From the IMG/VR virus record IMGVR_UViG_3300020043_005268, positions 1 to 28,198 of that record: DNA of 28,198 bases. The stretch is one strand, 5' to 3'. Under the pieces are notes generated by a model. It saw only the letters and a program-made list of their open reading frames with translations, did no database searches and was not told where the DNA came from. Origin of the DNA: a virus (lineage: Duplodnaviria > Caudoviricetes). Below, one piece after another: positions 16,010-24,730 of this stretch. Numbering within the stretch: position 1 is the first letter of the stretch; each line of letters begins with the position of its first letter. Position numbers and translations under genes: made by a program.

Positions 16010-16156
16010 TCAGCCCTTCCGCCTGAACGGGAACGCCTGGGTGAGCAGCTGGAGCGCCAGCTGCACCAGGCTGTTCGAGCGCAGCGGGCTCATGCCGATC
16101 ACCTCAGAGGCGACGAACAGAGCGAGCGCCAGGAGCTCAGCTTGAGTTGGGGTCAT
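16010..16156 (-). CDS. Small holin-like membrane protein (48 aa, not in ORF track)
   Basis: MTPTQAELLALALFVASEVIGMSPLRSNSLVQLALQLLTQAFPFRRKG; GAGGA RBS; hydrophobic with basic C-terminus; last late gene. Confidence 0.7.
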   Translation of the reverse strand: MTPTQAELLALALFVASEVIGMSPLRSNSLVQLALQLLTQAFPFRRKG

Positions 16157-16165
16157 GGTGGTTCC

Positions 16166-16879
16166 TCAGGGTTGTGCAATCATCGCCCAGCCGGTAGCCG
16201 GGCCCTCGGCCATCCAACGCGGGCCGAGGTTCTGGCGGCTGTATCTGAGGCGTGCGCCCCAGTTGTTGACGTACCGCCCGGCCACCAGGTCGAGGTCTCC
16301 GAACGGGTCGTGAACCGTCAGGCTGTTCGCGTCGTAGCCGATGGCGGTGATCCAGTGGCCGCCGCCTGCTGCAGCCCATAGCGGGCCCTTGTGCAGGATG
16401 CCCATCGGCACCGGGATGCCGGCATCAATCTGATCACAGACGGTCTGCCAGTCGGCGTCCTTCACCAGCCGGGCAGTGACGCCGAATGACTGGAGCGCCT
16501 TCATCTGTGCCGTCGCATCGGTGGTGTCCCCATACCGGAGCACGCGCCCCAGGTAGGCGTCGTCGGCGTTCGGCCCCTGCAGCGTGCCCGGCCGGATCGT
16601 CTCGAGCAGCATCGCGCACGCCGAGCTGAAGCACATCCGCAGCGCGTGATCTGTGGCGCTGTCCCGCTGGCTGTAGTAGGGCACCTGCAGCGGGTTGCTC
16701 AGGGTGCGGGGCTGTGCCTGCTTGCCGTCGGCCTGCCAGGTCCGATACCAGCTGGCGTCGTGCTTCTTCAGGCTGGCCGGCACCTTCTCCCACAGCTGCG
16801 CCACGGCGGCCCGCTGGTGGGGCAGGCCGCGCCAGTGCTCGAAGAACGGCAGGATGTCCAGCTCGGCCGGTGCTGTCAT
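16166..16879 (-). CDS. C39-like cysteine peptidase, probable endolysin
   Basis: LQVPYYSQRD...MCFSSACAM (Cys), GHWITAIGYD (His), VHDPFG (Asp); flanked by two membrane-protein genes. Confidence 0.82.
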   Translation of the reverse strand: MTAPAELDILPFFEHWRGLPHQRAAVAQLWEKVPASLKKHDASWYRTWQADGKQAQPRTLSNPLQVPYYSQRDSATDHALRMCFSSACAMLLETIRPGTLQGPNADDAYLGRVLRYGDTTDATAQMKALQSFGVTARLVKDADWQTVCDQIDAGIPVPMGILHKGPLWAAAGGGHWITAIGYDANSLTVHDPFGDLDLVAGRYVNNWGARLRYSRQNLGPRWMAEGPATGWAMIAQP

Positions 16880-17148
16880 TGCGCCCGCTCCTGCTGCTGG
16901 TGCTGCGGCATGGAGATCCGCGGCTCTGCGATCGTGACCAACAGCGGCACCAGGATGGAGAGCACGATCGCCAGGATGACGCCCTGCGCGACTCGCTTCT
17001 CCACCTCGTTCAGCCGGCGGAACGCCTCCATCATCGAAGTCCGGTTGTATTGGATCGCCTCGTGGATGCTGTCGAGCTTGCCCTCCAGGTGGCCGATGGC
17101 GCGCAGCACCTCGCCGTGCGTCGGGTTGTCCGGGGTGTTCCGTTCCAT
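16876..17148 (-). CDS. Coiled-coil plus single-TM protein (holin/XhlA-like)
   Basis: IGHLEGKLDSI...RLNEVEKRVAQ, then GVILAIVLSILVPLLVTIA. Confidence 0.7.
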   Translation of the reverse strand: MERNTPDNPTHGEVLRAIGHLEGKLDSIHEAIQYNRTSMMEAFRRLNEVEKRVAQGVILAIVLSILVPLLVTIAEPRISMPQHQQQERAQ

Positions 17149-17150
17149 CG

Positions 17151-17567
17151 CTAGTTCTGCAGCGTGATGGTGGACGCCGCGACCGCGAACGTGCCGCCGG
17201 TGGTGCTGATGTTGGAGCCGAAGTCGTTGTAGGCCACCAGCTCATCGGCCGAGCTGGCGCCGCCGCGTGCCTTGTAGTAGACGGCGGCCCGGGCGGTGAT
17301 CGTGGAGCTGGCCCAGGAGACGGCGCCAAGGCTGATGGTCACCTTGTCGTTCGCCGTGTCTTTCGTGACCGTGACCGTACAGGTCGCGCCGCCGGTGCTG
17401 TAGCCGGTGCCGGTCACCTCGTTCGTGACGTCGTCCCGTTTGTCGTGCGTGTCCTTGTTGGGGGTGTAGCTGCTGGTCACCAGCAGCACCTTGAACGTGT
17501 CCGTGTCGAAGTCAATGGCGCCCTTGGCCATGTCGTCCGGCATGGAGTTATAGATCAGCGATGCCAT
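17151..17567 (-). CDS. Virion structural protein (tail tip associated)
   Basis: MASLIYN...IDFDTDTFKVLLVTSSYTP...EVTGTGYSTGG...TITARAAVYYK, a common phage beta-rich family. Confidence 0.75.
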   Translation of the reverse strand: MASLIYNSMPDDMAKGAIDFDTDTFKVLLVTSSYTPNKDTHDKRDDVTNEVTGTGYSTGGATCTVTVTKDTANDKVTISLGAVSWASSTITARAAVYYKARGGASSADELVAYNDFGSNISTTGGTFAVAASTITLQN

Positions 17568-17596
17568 CTGCGCGCGCCATGGTGCTGCCCCTGATC

Positions 17597-18100
17597 CTAG
17601 TCTCCGGTGCCGGCTCCGGCCTCCAGGGTCGCGGTGATGGTGAGGTCTGCCCCGGCCACTGCGGAGCCGGCCGTCACGGCCCCAGCCTCCAGGCTGTAGG
17701 TGAGCGTGAGGCCAGCGCCTGAGACCACCAGGCCGCGCACGGATTCGAGCTCCACCTCCACATCCACCAGCCCGCCGCTGCGGTGCGTCTCCTCCGGCGG
17801 GCCGGTGTAGCGCCAGAGGGTAGAGGCCGGTGCCAGGTCGGCAGCGCCATGGCCACGGGTCACAGCAGGGTCCAGGGTGAAGGCATCGAAGCCGCCGGCC
17901 TGGCCGCGGAAGTGCGAGCGGAGCAGCGCCGCATCGGCAGCCGGGAGATTCTCGTAGCCGAGGGTCAGCACATAGCCGAACGACCGTGGGCCATGGCTGA
18001 AGCGGACCGCCTCGGTGCCCCATGCCGGCTGGCTGGTGACCGGGAACCGGGGCAGGCGGTAGCTGCGGGTGTTGGGTTCAAGGGCGGGGAAGGTGGCCAT
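17597..18100 (-). CDS. Distal-tail (Dit/gpM-like) protein
   Basis: MATFPALEPNTRSY...LTLGYENL...HFRGQAGGFDAFTL...WRYTGPP; paralogous to the N-terminus of 18103-19365. Confidence 0.65.
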   Translation of the reverse strand: MATFPALEPNTRSYRLPRFPVTSQPAWGTEAVRFSHGPRSFGYVLTLGYENLPAADAALLRSHFRGQAGGFDAFTLDPAVTRGHGAADLAPASTLWRYTGPPEETHRSGGLVDVEVELESVRGLVVSGAGLTLTYSLEAGAVTAGSAVAGADLTITATLEAGAGTGD

Positions 18101-18102
18101 GG

Positions 18103-19365
18103 TCAGACGTTCGGGTAGGGCCCGGTTGGCACCACCAGGGCGCGGGCGTTGCCGACGGTGTAGCGGAGGTCGTCGATCCGGCCGCCGAAGCCGTAGGTAT
18201 CGCCCGTGCTGTAGTTGCCGATGATCGCTTTCTGCCCGCTGCCGTAGTTGTAGTCGGTGGTGTCGGTCCCGGTCGTCGCGGACTCCGTGCCATCCACCGC
18301 GATGCGGATCGTGCCGCTCTCACGCACACACCAGACATGGTGCCAGGCATCGACTGAGAATCCCGCCGACTCTGCCAGCTCGGCGCCAGCTTTGGCCCAG
18401 CCCACGCGGTAGGTGGTGGAGTTGACGTAGGTGGCATAGAGCCGGCCAGTTGATGCAGGGCTGGGGGATGGCACCTGCATGATGGTCTCACCGATGCCGA
18501 CGCCAGAGGCGATGTAGATCCAACACTCGATCGTGAAGTCGCCCGTGCCCGGTGCCAGCACCTCATCATCGAACGCGACCGCATGGCCGGTGTAGCCGAA
18601 GCTGGCCGGCGGCCAACTGAAGCGCCCTGCACCAGTGCCCCACTTCACGTAATCCGTCGCGATCTGCGCGGAGCCGTACACCTCAGCGGTCAGCGTGTTC
18701 GTCTGCGCCTGGTTCTCGAAGAACGTCGATCCGCTGGTGCCGTCGAAGTGCAGGATCAGCTTCGTCATCTCCGCCAGCGTGATCTCCTCAGCAGCACCAG
18801 GCGCCAGGCTCATGGTGACGGTCAGCTCAGCGCCCGGCAGGTAGACGCTCACTTCGCCGCCGCTGCTGGTCGTGGTGACAGCACCAGGCAGGAGGGTCAT
18901 GCGGAGCGTGAGCGCGAGGCCCGGCAGGTCGGCGCCCGTGGCGGCACCGGTCGTCATGCTCAGCGTGATCGGGCCCAGGCTGGCGCCCGGTGCGCCGCCG
19001 GTCGCTGCCACCAGCCGCACGCGCACATCATGCTGGGGCCCGCAGAAGTCCTGGATCTCAGGCGGCTCGGCGTAGCGCCACAGCCCGGCACCCTCCAGGA
19101 ACTCGTAGGGATCGAACCCGGAGAACGTTTCAGGCGGCAGGCTGAACGCCAGGAACTCACCCTGTTGGCCGAGGTAGTGCTGTTCGATCAGCGACCGCTC
19201 TTCCTCGGTGAGCCGGGTGAAGCTCAGGTCGATCGACCCACCTACCACCGCATCGCTGTGCCGCACCCTGCTCTGCTCACCGCTGAGTGCCGTGAACGCA
19301 GCGTGTGGATACTCGCCAGGCGTGAACGACCGGGAGCTGGGGGCGATGGTGGGGAAGGTGGGCAT
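18103..19365 (-). CDS. Dit-like tail protein with C-terminal LamG/ConA-like lectin domain
   Basis: MPTFPTIAPSSRSF...HYLGQQGEFLAFSL...WRYAEPP; C-terminal LILHFDG...GDFTIECW...WHHV...GRIDDLRYTVGNAR. Confidence 0.78.
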   Translation of the reverse strand: MPTFPTIAPSSRSFTPGEYPHAAFTALSGEQSRVRHSDAVVGGSIDLSFTRLTEEERSLIEQHYLGQQGEFLAFSLPPETFSGFDPYEFLEGAGLWRYAEPPEIQDFCGPQHDVRVRLVAATGGAPGASLGPITLSMTTGAATGADLPGLALTLRMTLLPGAVTTTSSGGEVSVYLPGAELTVTMSLAPGAAEEITLAEMTKLILHFDGTSGSTFFENQAQTNTLTAEVYGSAQIATDYVKWGTGAGRFSWPPASFGYTGHAVAFDDEVLAPGTGDFTIECWIYIASGVGIGETIMQVPSPSPASTGRLYATYVNSTTYRVGWAKAGAELAESAGFSVDAWHHVWCVRESGTIRIAVDGTESATTGTDTTDYNYGSGQKAIIGNYSTGDTYGFGGRIDDLRYTVGNARALVVPTGPYPNV

Positions 19366-19368
19366 AGG

Positions 19369-21801
19369 TTACGGGGTGTTCCAGGTGATGAAGCCGGTCC
19401 ACGTACCAGTCGGATAGACGGGTGCTGCCTCAACGTCATAGTCCGCTGGATATTCAACAAACCCAGCGATGATCCCCGCCGAGTTACCTTCGTCTCCCTC
19501 CGTGCTGGTCAGTTGCATCTGATAGGCAACACCAATGACGGGCGCAGTACTTGAAACGGAAGTAACATTTGTGACGATTACTTGATTCTGCTGGGTGCTA
19601 TTTGGCAGATAGCTTAGGACAATAGCGACAGCCGCATCTTTATCGGCTTGGTCATCGGACCAAACATAGACATAAGCCTCGTAATAAACCTCCAGGGTGG
19701 AGGGAGTTGTCTTGGTGAACTCCAGGTTCACAGTGCCAATCCCTGGGAAGGTCATGCTGAGGTCATCGCCTGCAGCCGGGGGATTACTGAATACCGCGAA
19801 GAACGGCACCAGCCCCGCACGGAACCGGACCTGTAGCGTGTTCAGAGGAAACACATCATCGAACCCCCCGCTGGTGCTGGTGATCGACAGCGGCATCTCG
19901 TAGTAACCCTCACTTGGGAAGTCCGACTCTTGGAAGGTGACGCGGTACTCCTTCTCGAAGATCCAGTCCACTGGCGGGAATGGATACAGCAGATACTCCG
20001 GCGGCCGGCCAGTCTCCCACGGTTCCGCAACGGTCTCCGTCACATCCACCGACGGCAGGCTGGCCGGCTGCGGGATCACCGGCCGATCGCTGGCGTCATA
20101 GGCCACGACCTGCCCACTCTTCACCGTGGCATCCAGCGCACCCAGTGATTCGTCCGGCGCCTCGCCATAGGGCACCAGCTGCAGGGTGAACACCAGATCA
20201 AGGCCGTCCCATCGCGCCTCACTGAAGCCAATGTCGATCGTGTCGAGGGTGCCCCCACCACCACCCGCCGGGGGCGCCTCTGCCGCCGGTGCCGTCATCT
20301 CCACCTGGTTGTCTGCCGCGGTGCCCGTCTGATACACCTCGGCCGGCACGCTGGTGTCGGCGCTGCTGTTCACATCACAGCTCACGCCCGTGCGGTTGCT
20401 GGTCAGCAGGATGCCCGTGCCCGTGGCGTTCGCCACCGCCAGCGCCACCAGGCTGCGCCCGCTGCTGTCGATCGGGAAGTGCATCAGATCCATCGACACA
20501 TCGCCCGCCGCCGACTTGCTGATCCGCTCCACCTGGTAGAGGTAGTCATGCACCGATGCCGTTCCATCGCTCGGCGTCCGCTGCAGCGTCACCCGGATGA
20601 TGTCACCCGGCGCCAGGTTGGGAGGGAAGTCCACGCTGCGGCACTGCGCCCGCGCGCTGTGGGTGATGAACTGCCGCCGCGCCCGGATGTAGGCGCCGAC
20701 CTTGACGGCGTGATTCTCGCGGGTGCAGAACGCGCTCAGGTCGTGCTGCTCATAGGGCCCGTCCGTCGCCTCGCCCGTGTAGCGCACCTCGCTGGTGCGG
20801 ATGATGCCGACGTCATCGGTCAGCTGTTGCCGCCAGATCGTCTGCACACAGAACGGCCGACGATCAGCCGGCGGGCTGAACGTGATCTCGAACCCGTCCG
20901 GCAGGATGTGATCCTCGGTGAACGTCGCCACCCAGCTCACCGCCGTGGTGCGGATCGTGCCGTCACTATTCACCGGCACCAGCGGCCGGAGGCCCCGCCG
21001 CCCCTGGCTCCGCGTCTCAGCCAGCAGGAAGTAGGGGGCCATGCCCGCCAGCAGATCGCCCAGGTTCTGGCTCTGGGTGATGGCGATGTCACAGTTGAAG
21101 TTGTTCGCCGCCAGGAACCGGGCCGCGGACTGCAGGCTGGTGAGGTCGATCTGGCTGGCGGGCAGCCTGGCGCAGTTCACCAGCGCCCAGTTCACCAGGT
21201 CCGCGAAGTTGTTGGACGGGCCGAACACACCATCCAGCAGCCGGGTGACGTGCATCCCGTTGCGGATGAACGCGTGCACCTGCCGGTTCCACAGATCGAA
21301 CCCGTTGGGGATCGTGACCGTGAACGACAGGGTGGACATGCCCGAATAGACCCCGACCGTGCCGCAGTAGTACGGGCACTCGGGCATGGTGTACCCGGTC
21401 TGCGCCGTCACGAAGTTGCCCGGCGTCCAGCTGCCTGCGCGGCGGTCGTAGGTCTGGGTATGGGTGCCGACGCGGCAGGACCGCTGGAAGATGTCCCGCA
21501 CCTGGATCGAACCGATCAGGCCCTCGCTCAGGACCAGGTGGTAGGAGGCCGTTACCGCGTTGCTCGCGTCATTGGAGAACCGCGCCTCGGTGGCCGGGGG
21601 CGAGATCAGCACGCCGCCGCTGCCGGCTGTCTCATCCCGCCGGCAGAACACCACCGGCACGGGTTCACCCAGGATCGCCGCACGCTGCGGGCTGTCGAGC
21701 TGGCTGTCGCCCTCGGCTGCAGCATCCGCCAACGGCGGCCGGATCAGGCCCGCCTCAATCGACAGGAGCGCCAGAGGATCGCTGCTGACCAGTCCGCTCA
21801 T
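19369..21801 (-). CDS. Tail tip/hub (host-specificity J-like) protein
   Basis: QRAAILGEPVPVVF...LVLSEGLIG...SNNFADL...LAPGDIIRV; large gene downstream of the tape measure; ATG 21801 overlaps the upstream stop. Confidence 0.75.
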   Translation of the reverse strand: MSGLVSSDPLALLSIEAGLIRPPLADAAAEGDSQLDSPQRAAILGEPVPVVFCRRDETAGSGGVLISPPATEARFSNDASNAVTASYHLVLSEGLIGSIQVRDIFQRSCRVGTHTQTYDRRAGSWTPGNFVTAQTGYTMPECPYYCGTVGVYSGMSTLSFTVTIPNGFDLWNRQVHAFIRNGMHVTRLLDGVFGPSNNFADLVNWALVNCARLPASQIDLTSLQSAARFLAANNFNCDIAITQSQNLGDLLAGMAPYFLLAETRSQGRRGLRPLVPVNSDGTIRTTAVSWVATFTEDHILPDGFEITFSPPADRRPFCVQTIWRQQLTDDVGIIRTSEVRYTGEATDGPYEQHDLSAFCTRENHAVKVGAYIRARRQFITHSARAQCRSVDFPPNLAPGDIIRVTLQRTPSDGTASVHDYLYQVERISKSAAGDVSMDLMHFPIDSSGRSLVALAVANATGTGILLTSNRTGVSCDVNSSADTSVPAEVYQTGTAADNQVEMTAPAAEAPPAGGGGGTLDTIDIGFSEARWDGLDLVFTLQLVPYGEAPDESLGALDATVKSGQVVAYDASDRPVIPQPASLPSVDVTETVAEPWETGRPPEYLLYPFPPVDWIFEKEYRVTFQESDFPSEGYYEMPLSITSTSGGFDDVFPLNTLQVRFRAGLVPFFAVFSNPPAAGDDLSMTFPGIGTVNLEFTKTTPSTLEVYYEAYVYVWSDDQADKDAAVAIVLSYLPNSTQQNQVIVTNVTSVSSTAPVIGVAYQMQLTSTEGDEGNSAGIIAGFVEYPADYDVEAAPVYPTGTWTGFITWNTP

Positions 21802-22250
21802 AGCCGGCACCCCTTGCCGATCAGCCTAGTGGTCATCGTGCGCGGGGGGATCTGCGCACCGACCGGCTCGAGCGCGGACCCCAGCTCCAGGGTCAGGGCC
21901 GTGATGGTGGACGAGCTGTTGACGATCACCCCGGTGAAGGTGGCCGCGACCGTGCGCTCGTTGAAGTTGCCCGGGGTGAACTGGTAGACGGTCAGCTCCC
22001 AGAGGTGCTGCCCTGCGATGGCCGCGAACACCGCATCGACCACCCGGGGGATCGCCGGCAGGGTGAGGGTGACGCCGCCCTCATCACCGGTCTGCCCGGC
22101 GGTGATACCCGAGGACTCGAACGCCTGCGGGATCCAATCGCCACCCGACAGGCTCACGTTCGAGGAGGTGAAGTACGACTGCCAGCGGTGGAGCGTGGTG
22201 CCGGCCGGGGTGTAGATGCGCAGGAACTGCGCCTGGGCGATCGTGCTCAT
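21798..22250 (-). CDS. Minor tail protein (gpL-like position)
   Basis: Directly follows the tape measure with ATGA overlap; beta-rich 150 aa. Confidence 0.65.
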   Translation of the reverse strand: MSTIAQAQFLRIYTPAGTTLHRWQSYFTSSNVSLSGGDWIPQAFESSGITAGQTGDEGGVTLTLPAIPRVVDAVFAAIAGQHLWELTVYQFTPGNFNERTVAATFTGVIVNSSSTITALTLELGSALEPVGAQIPPRTMTTRLIGKGCRL

Positions 22251-24022
22251 CGGATCCCCAGCGCGCTGCGGCCGGCTGGTGTGCGGATGCGGGCGAGGGT
22301 GCCGGCTTCAGTGGCGCGCATCGCCCGCTCAAGGTCGCGCATGGTGACCCACTGCTGGCCGTCCTGCTGCAGCACCGGGCCCGTGGTGACGTTGATCACA
22401 GCGGCAGCGGTCGTGGTGCCGAGCACCGCACCGCCACGGGTGCCGGCCAGGTAGGCGGCAGAGGCGCCGGCCATCTTGCTCTCGGGGATGATGTATTCCC
22501 GCTCGCCGCCTTCACCCACCATCGCCAGGGTGGGACGATCCACGACGCCGCCTTCCGCGAACTGTGGCACGGCGATCGATGGCACCAGTGGGATGTCAGG
22601 GGTGGGAAGACGGTTGTAGCCGGCGATCAGGACGTTGATCGCGCTCACTGCTGCATTGATCCCGCCAGCGATGAATCGCAGCACGCCGTTCATTGCCCCG
22701 CGGATCGTCTCCACCACCGCCAGGAACGGTGCCCGGGCTGCGTTGGCCACGTTGCGGAGCGCGGTGCCGATGAACGTGACGGCATTACTCCATGTGGTCT
22801 GCAGCCATTTAATCATCTCAGCCACGGGTGCCCTGGCACCGACGTTGAACAGCTCGACCCAGGGTTTGAGGAACAGGTTGTAGACGCCTTTGCCGATCGC
22901 GACCACGGCACCGGTGAAGGTCTCGCCCAGCCAGGTGAGGAACTTCAGGATCGGCTCGCGGAAGGCGATAGCCATGGCAACGACTGCTGCGACGGCGAGC
23001 ACGATCCATCCGACCGGGGGCGTGAAGATCGCCAGGATTGCCGGCAGGAATGTTCCGGTCAGCCATGCCAGCACTGTGGAGAATGCGCCGATGATGGCCG
23101 GCGCATAGCCCGCAATCGTGGCGCCGATCTTCAGCCCGGCAAAGGCTGTGCCCATCGCTCCGATCAGCGTGATCACTGCCGAGATCGCAGGCGCCAGGGC
23201 GAGCATTGCGATGGACAGGATCGCGATGGTTCCGATGATCGTCTGCAACGGTGCCGGCATCTTCATGAAGGCATCGAGCGCAACGGTCATTGCGTTCGTG
23301 ACTGCTTCCATTGCAGGCATCAGCACTGTGGCAACCTTGCCGCCGATCGCGCCGATCTTCCCCTGCATGGCGATCATGCTGTCGGATGTCTTGTCTGCCT
23401 GCTCTGCGAACTTCGCGCTCATCCCGCTGAACTTCTCGATCTCCTGCCGGCCCATGTTCAGCATGGGGATCATGTCCGCACCAGCCTTGCCGAATAGCTG
23501 CATGGCGAGCGCGGTCTTCTGCGCACCGTCTGGCATCTTGCTGAATCGGTCCGCGATGTCCAGCATCACCTGATCCGTGGAGCGGAGTTTCCCTGATGCG
23601 TCAGTCGCGCTGATGCCCAGGCTCTTCAGCGCCTCGTCTGCCTTGCCCTCGAATAGTGCGCGGTTGAACTTCGTGATCGCCTTTCCGATTGAGTCGATGT
23701 CAATGCCGGTCAGCTTGCCCGCCTTGCTGAACCGGCTCAGCTGCTCGACCGCTACGCCGGTCTTCTGCGACATGTCGAAGAGCTTGTCGCCGGTCTCGAT
23801 CGACTTCTGCGCGAGGCCCACCAGGCCGGCGCCAGACAGCAGCGGAACGAGCGAACCCATGCCGCCAACCACGCTGCCGACTGATCCGGCCAGGTTCTTG
23901 AACCCGCCCGACACGGTGCCGGCTGTCTTGCTCAGCCCGCCCATCGTCCGCCCGAGCGCGGCCACCTGCCCCTCGCCCTGAACGTCTGCCTTGATCCGCA
24001 GCAGCGCATCCATCACCGCCAT
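22247..24022 (-). CDS. Tail tape measure protein
   Basis: Ala/Gly-rich helical protein with ALAMQLFGKAGADMIPMLN, a hydrophobic middle and PQFAEGGVVDRPTLAMVGEGGEREYIIP; follows the chaperones. Confidence 0.93.
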   Translation of the reverse strand: MAVMDALLRIKADVQGEGQVAALGRTMGGLSKTAGTVSGGFKNLAGSVGSVVGGMGSLVPLLSGAGLVGLAQKSIETGDKLFDMSQKTGVAVEQLSRFSKAGKLTGIDIDSIGKAITKFNRALFEGKADEALKSLGISATDASGKLRSTDQVMLDIADRFSKMPDGAQKTALAMQLFGKAGADMIPMLNMGRQEIEKFSGMSAKFAEQADKTSDSMIAMQGKIGAIGGKVATVLMPAMEAVTNAMTVALDAFMKMPAPLQTIIGTIAILSIAMLALAPAISAVITLIGAMGTAFAGLKIGATIAGYAPAIIGAFSTVLAWLTGTFLPAILAIFTPPVGWIVLAVAAVVAMAIAFREPILKFLTWLGETFTGAVVAIGKGVYNLFLKPWVELFNVGARAPVAEMIKWLQTTWSNAVTFIGTALRNVANAARAPFLAVVETIRGAMNGVLRFIAGGINAAVSAINVLIAGYNRLPTPDIPLVPSIAVPQFAEGGVVDRPTLAMVGEGGEREYIIPESKMAGASAAYLAGTRGGAVLGTTTAAAVINVTTGPVLQQDGQQWVTMRDLERAMRATEAGTLARIRTPAGRSALGIR

Positions 24023-24023
24023 C

Positions 24024-24356
24024 TCATCGCCTCCGGTTCAGCTGCTCACGGGCGTGGAGCTCCATCGCCTGGATGTCATCCATCATCGCAGCATCCACGG
24101 TCACCCCGTAGACCGGCGCCAGCTGGAGCAGCACCCCGTAGTCGAGGCCCAGCACACCGCCGGAGGTTGCGCGCCATTGCGTCTGGCACCGCATGAACAG
24201 CAGCACCGCCGGCCACAGCTCATCCCACAGCCGATAGTCCGCCGGTCGCAGGTGGTGATCCTCCAGGATGATCCCGTAGGCTGCCGCGTCCTGCTCCAGC
24301 CGGGCCGTCGATCCTTTCCCCCGGAAGAGGTGATCGACAGCCCCGATCAGTTTTTT
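24024..24356 (-). CDS. Tail assembly chaperone gpT-equivalent (DUF1799-like), expressed by -1 frameshift
   Basis: The -1 frame is open from the slippery site: KKLIGAVDHLFRG...WPAVLLFMRCQTQWR...GLDYG. Confidence 0.85.
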   Translation of the reverse strand, partial: KKLIGAVDHLFRGKGSTARLEQDAAAYGIILEDHHLRPADYRLWDELWPAVLLFMRCQTQWRATSGGVLGLDYGVLLQLAPVYGVTVDAAMMDDIQAMELHAREQLNRRR

Positions 24357-24724
24357 GCCCGCGCCTTGTCGTGCGCCTCGAAGAACGTCGCAACCAGCAC
24401 ATCAGCCACGGTCGCCACCTCCAACAGCTGCGCCTTGCTGGTCGCGCTGAATTCGATCTCAGCGCCGTCAGCTTCAGTGATGCCACGCCAGCCGGCCAGG
24501 ATCTCGGCCGCGATCTCCCTGGTCGGGATGGCATCAATCACATGGTCCCGTGCGGCCGCGGCCTTGATGCGCTGATAGGCCAGCCGAACCTCTTCCATCC
24601 GGCTGGCCGGCAGTCGCCGGTAGACCGCCTCGAACTGGTGCGTGCGATGGCGCCCCCCGTCCGTCACCTCGCGGATCGTGATCGGCCAGGAGAAGGTAGG
24701 CGACTGCTCAAGGATGAAGGCCAT
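24347..24724 (-). CDS. Tail assembly chaperone (gpG equivalent)
   Basis: Lies between tail tube and tape measure; ends GCA AAA AAC TGA. Confidence 0.88.
   Translation of the reverse strand: MAFILEQSPTFSWPITIREVTDGGRHRTHQFEAVYRRLPASRMEEVRLAYQRIKAAAARDHVIDAIPTREIAAEILAGWRGITEADGAEIEFSATSKAQLLEVATVADVLVATFFEAHDKARAKN
24350..24356 (-). other. Programmed -1 frameshift slippery heptamer A AAA AAC
   Basis: X XXY YYZ in the correct phase immediately before the gpG stop codon. Confidence 0.88.
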
Positions 24725-24730
24725 GCAGGA

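Noticed and set aside
16166-17329. Extended N-termini given by the ORF track (also 17151-18023, 10350-11045, 8201-9082, 7842-8519)
   Set aside because: The extensions overlap neighbouring genes; internal starts with RBS or ATGA coupling fit better.
20479-21987. Long opposite-strand ORFs (also 897-1865, 5797-6822, 18583-19554, 25082-25900)
   Set aside because: Antisense shadows of well-supported genes, expected with high GC3; no recognisable motifs.
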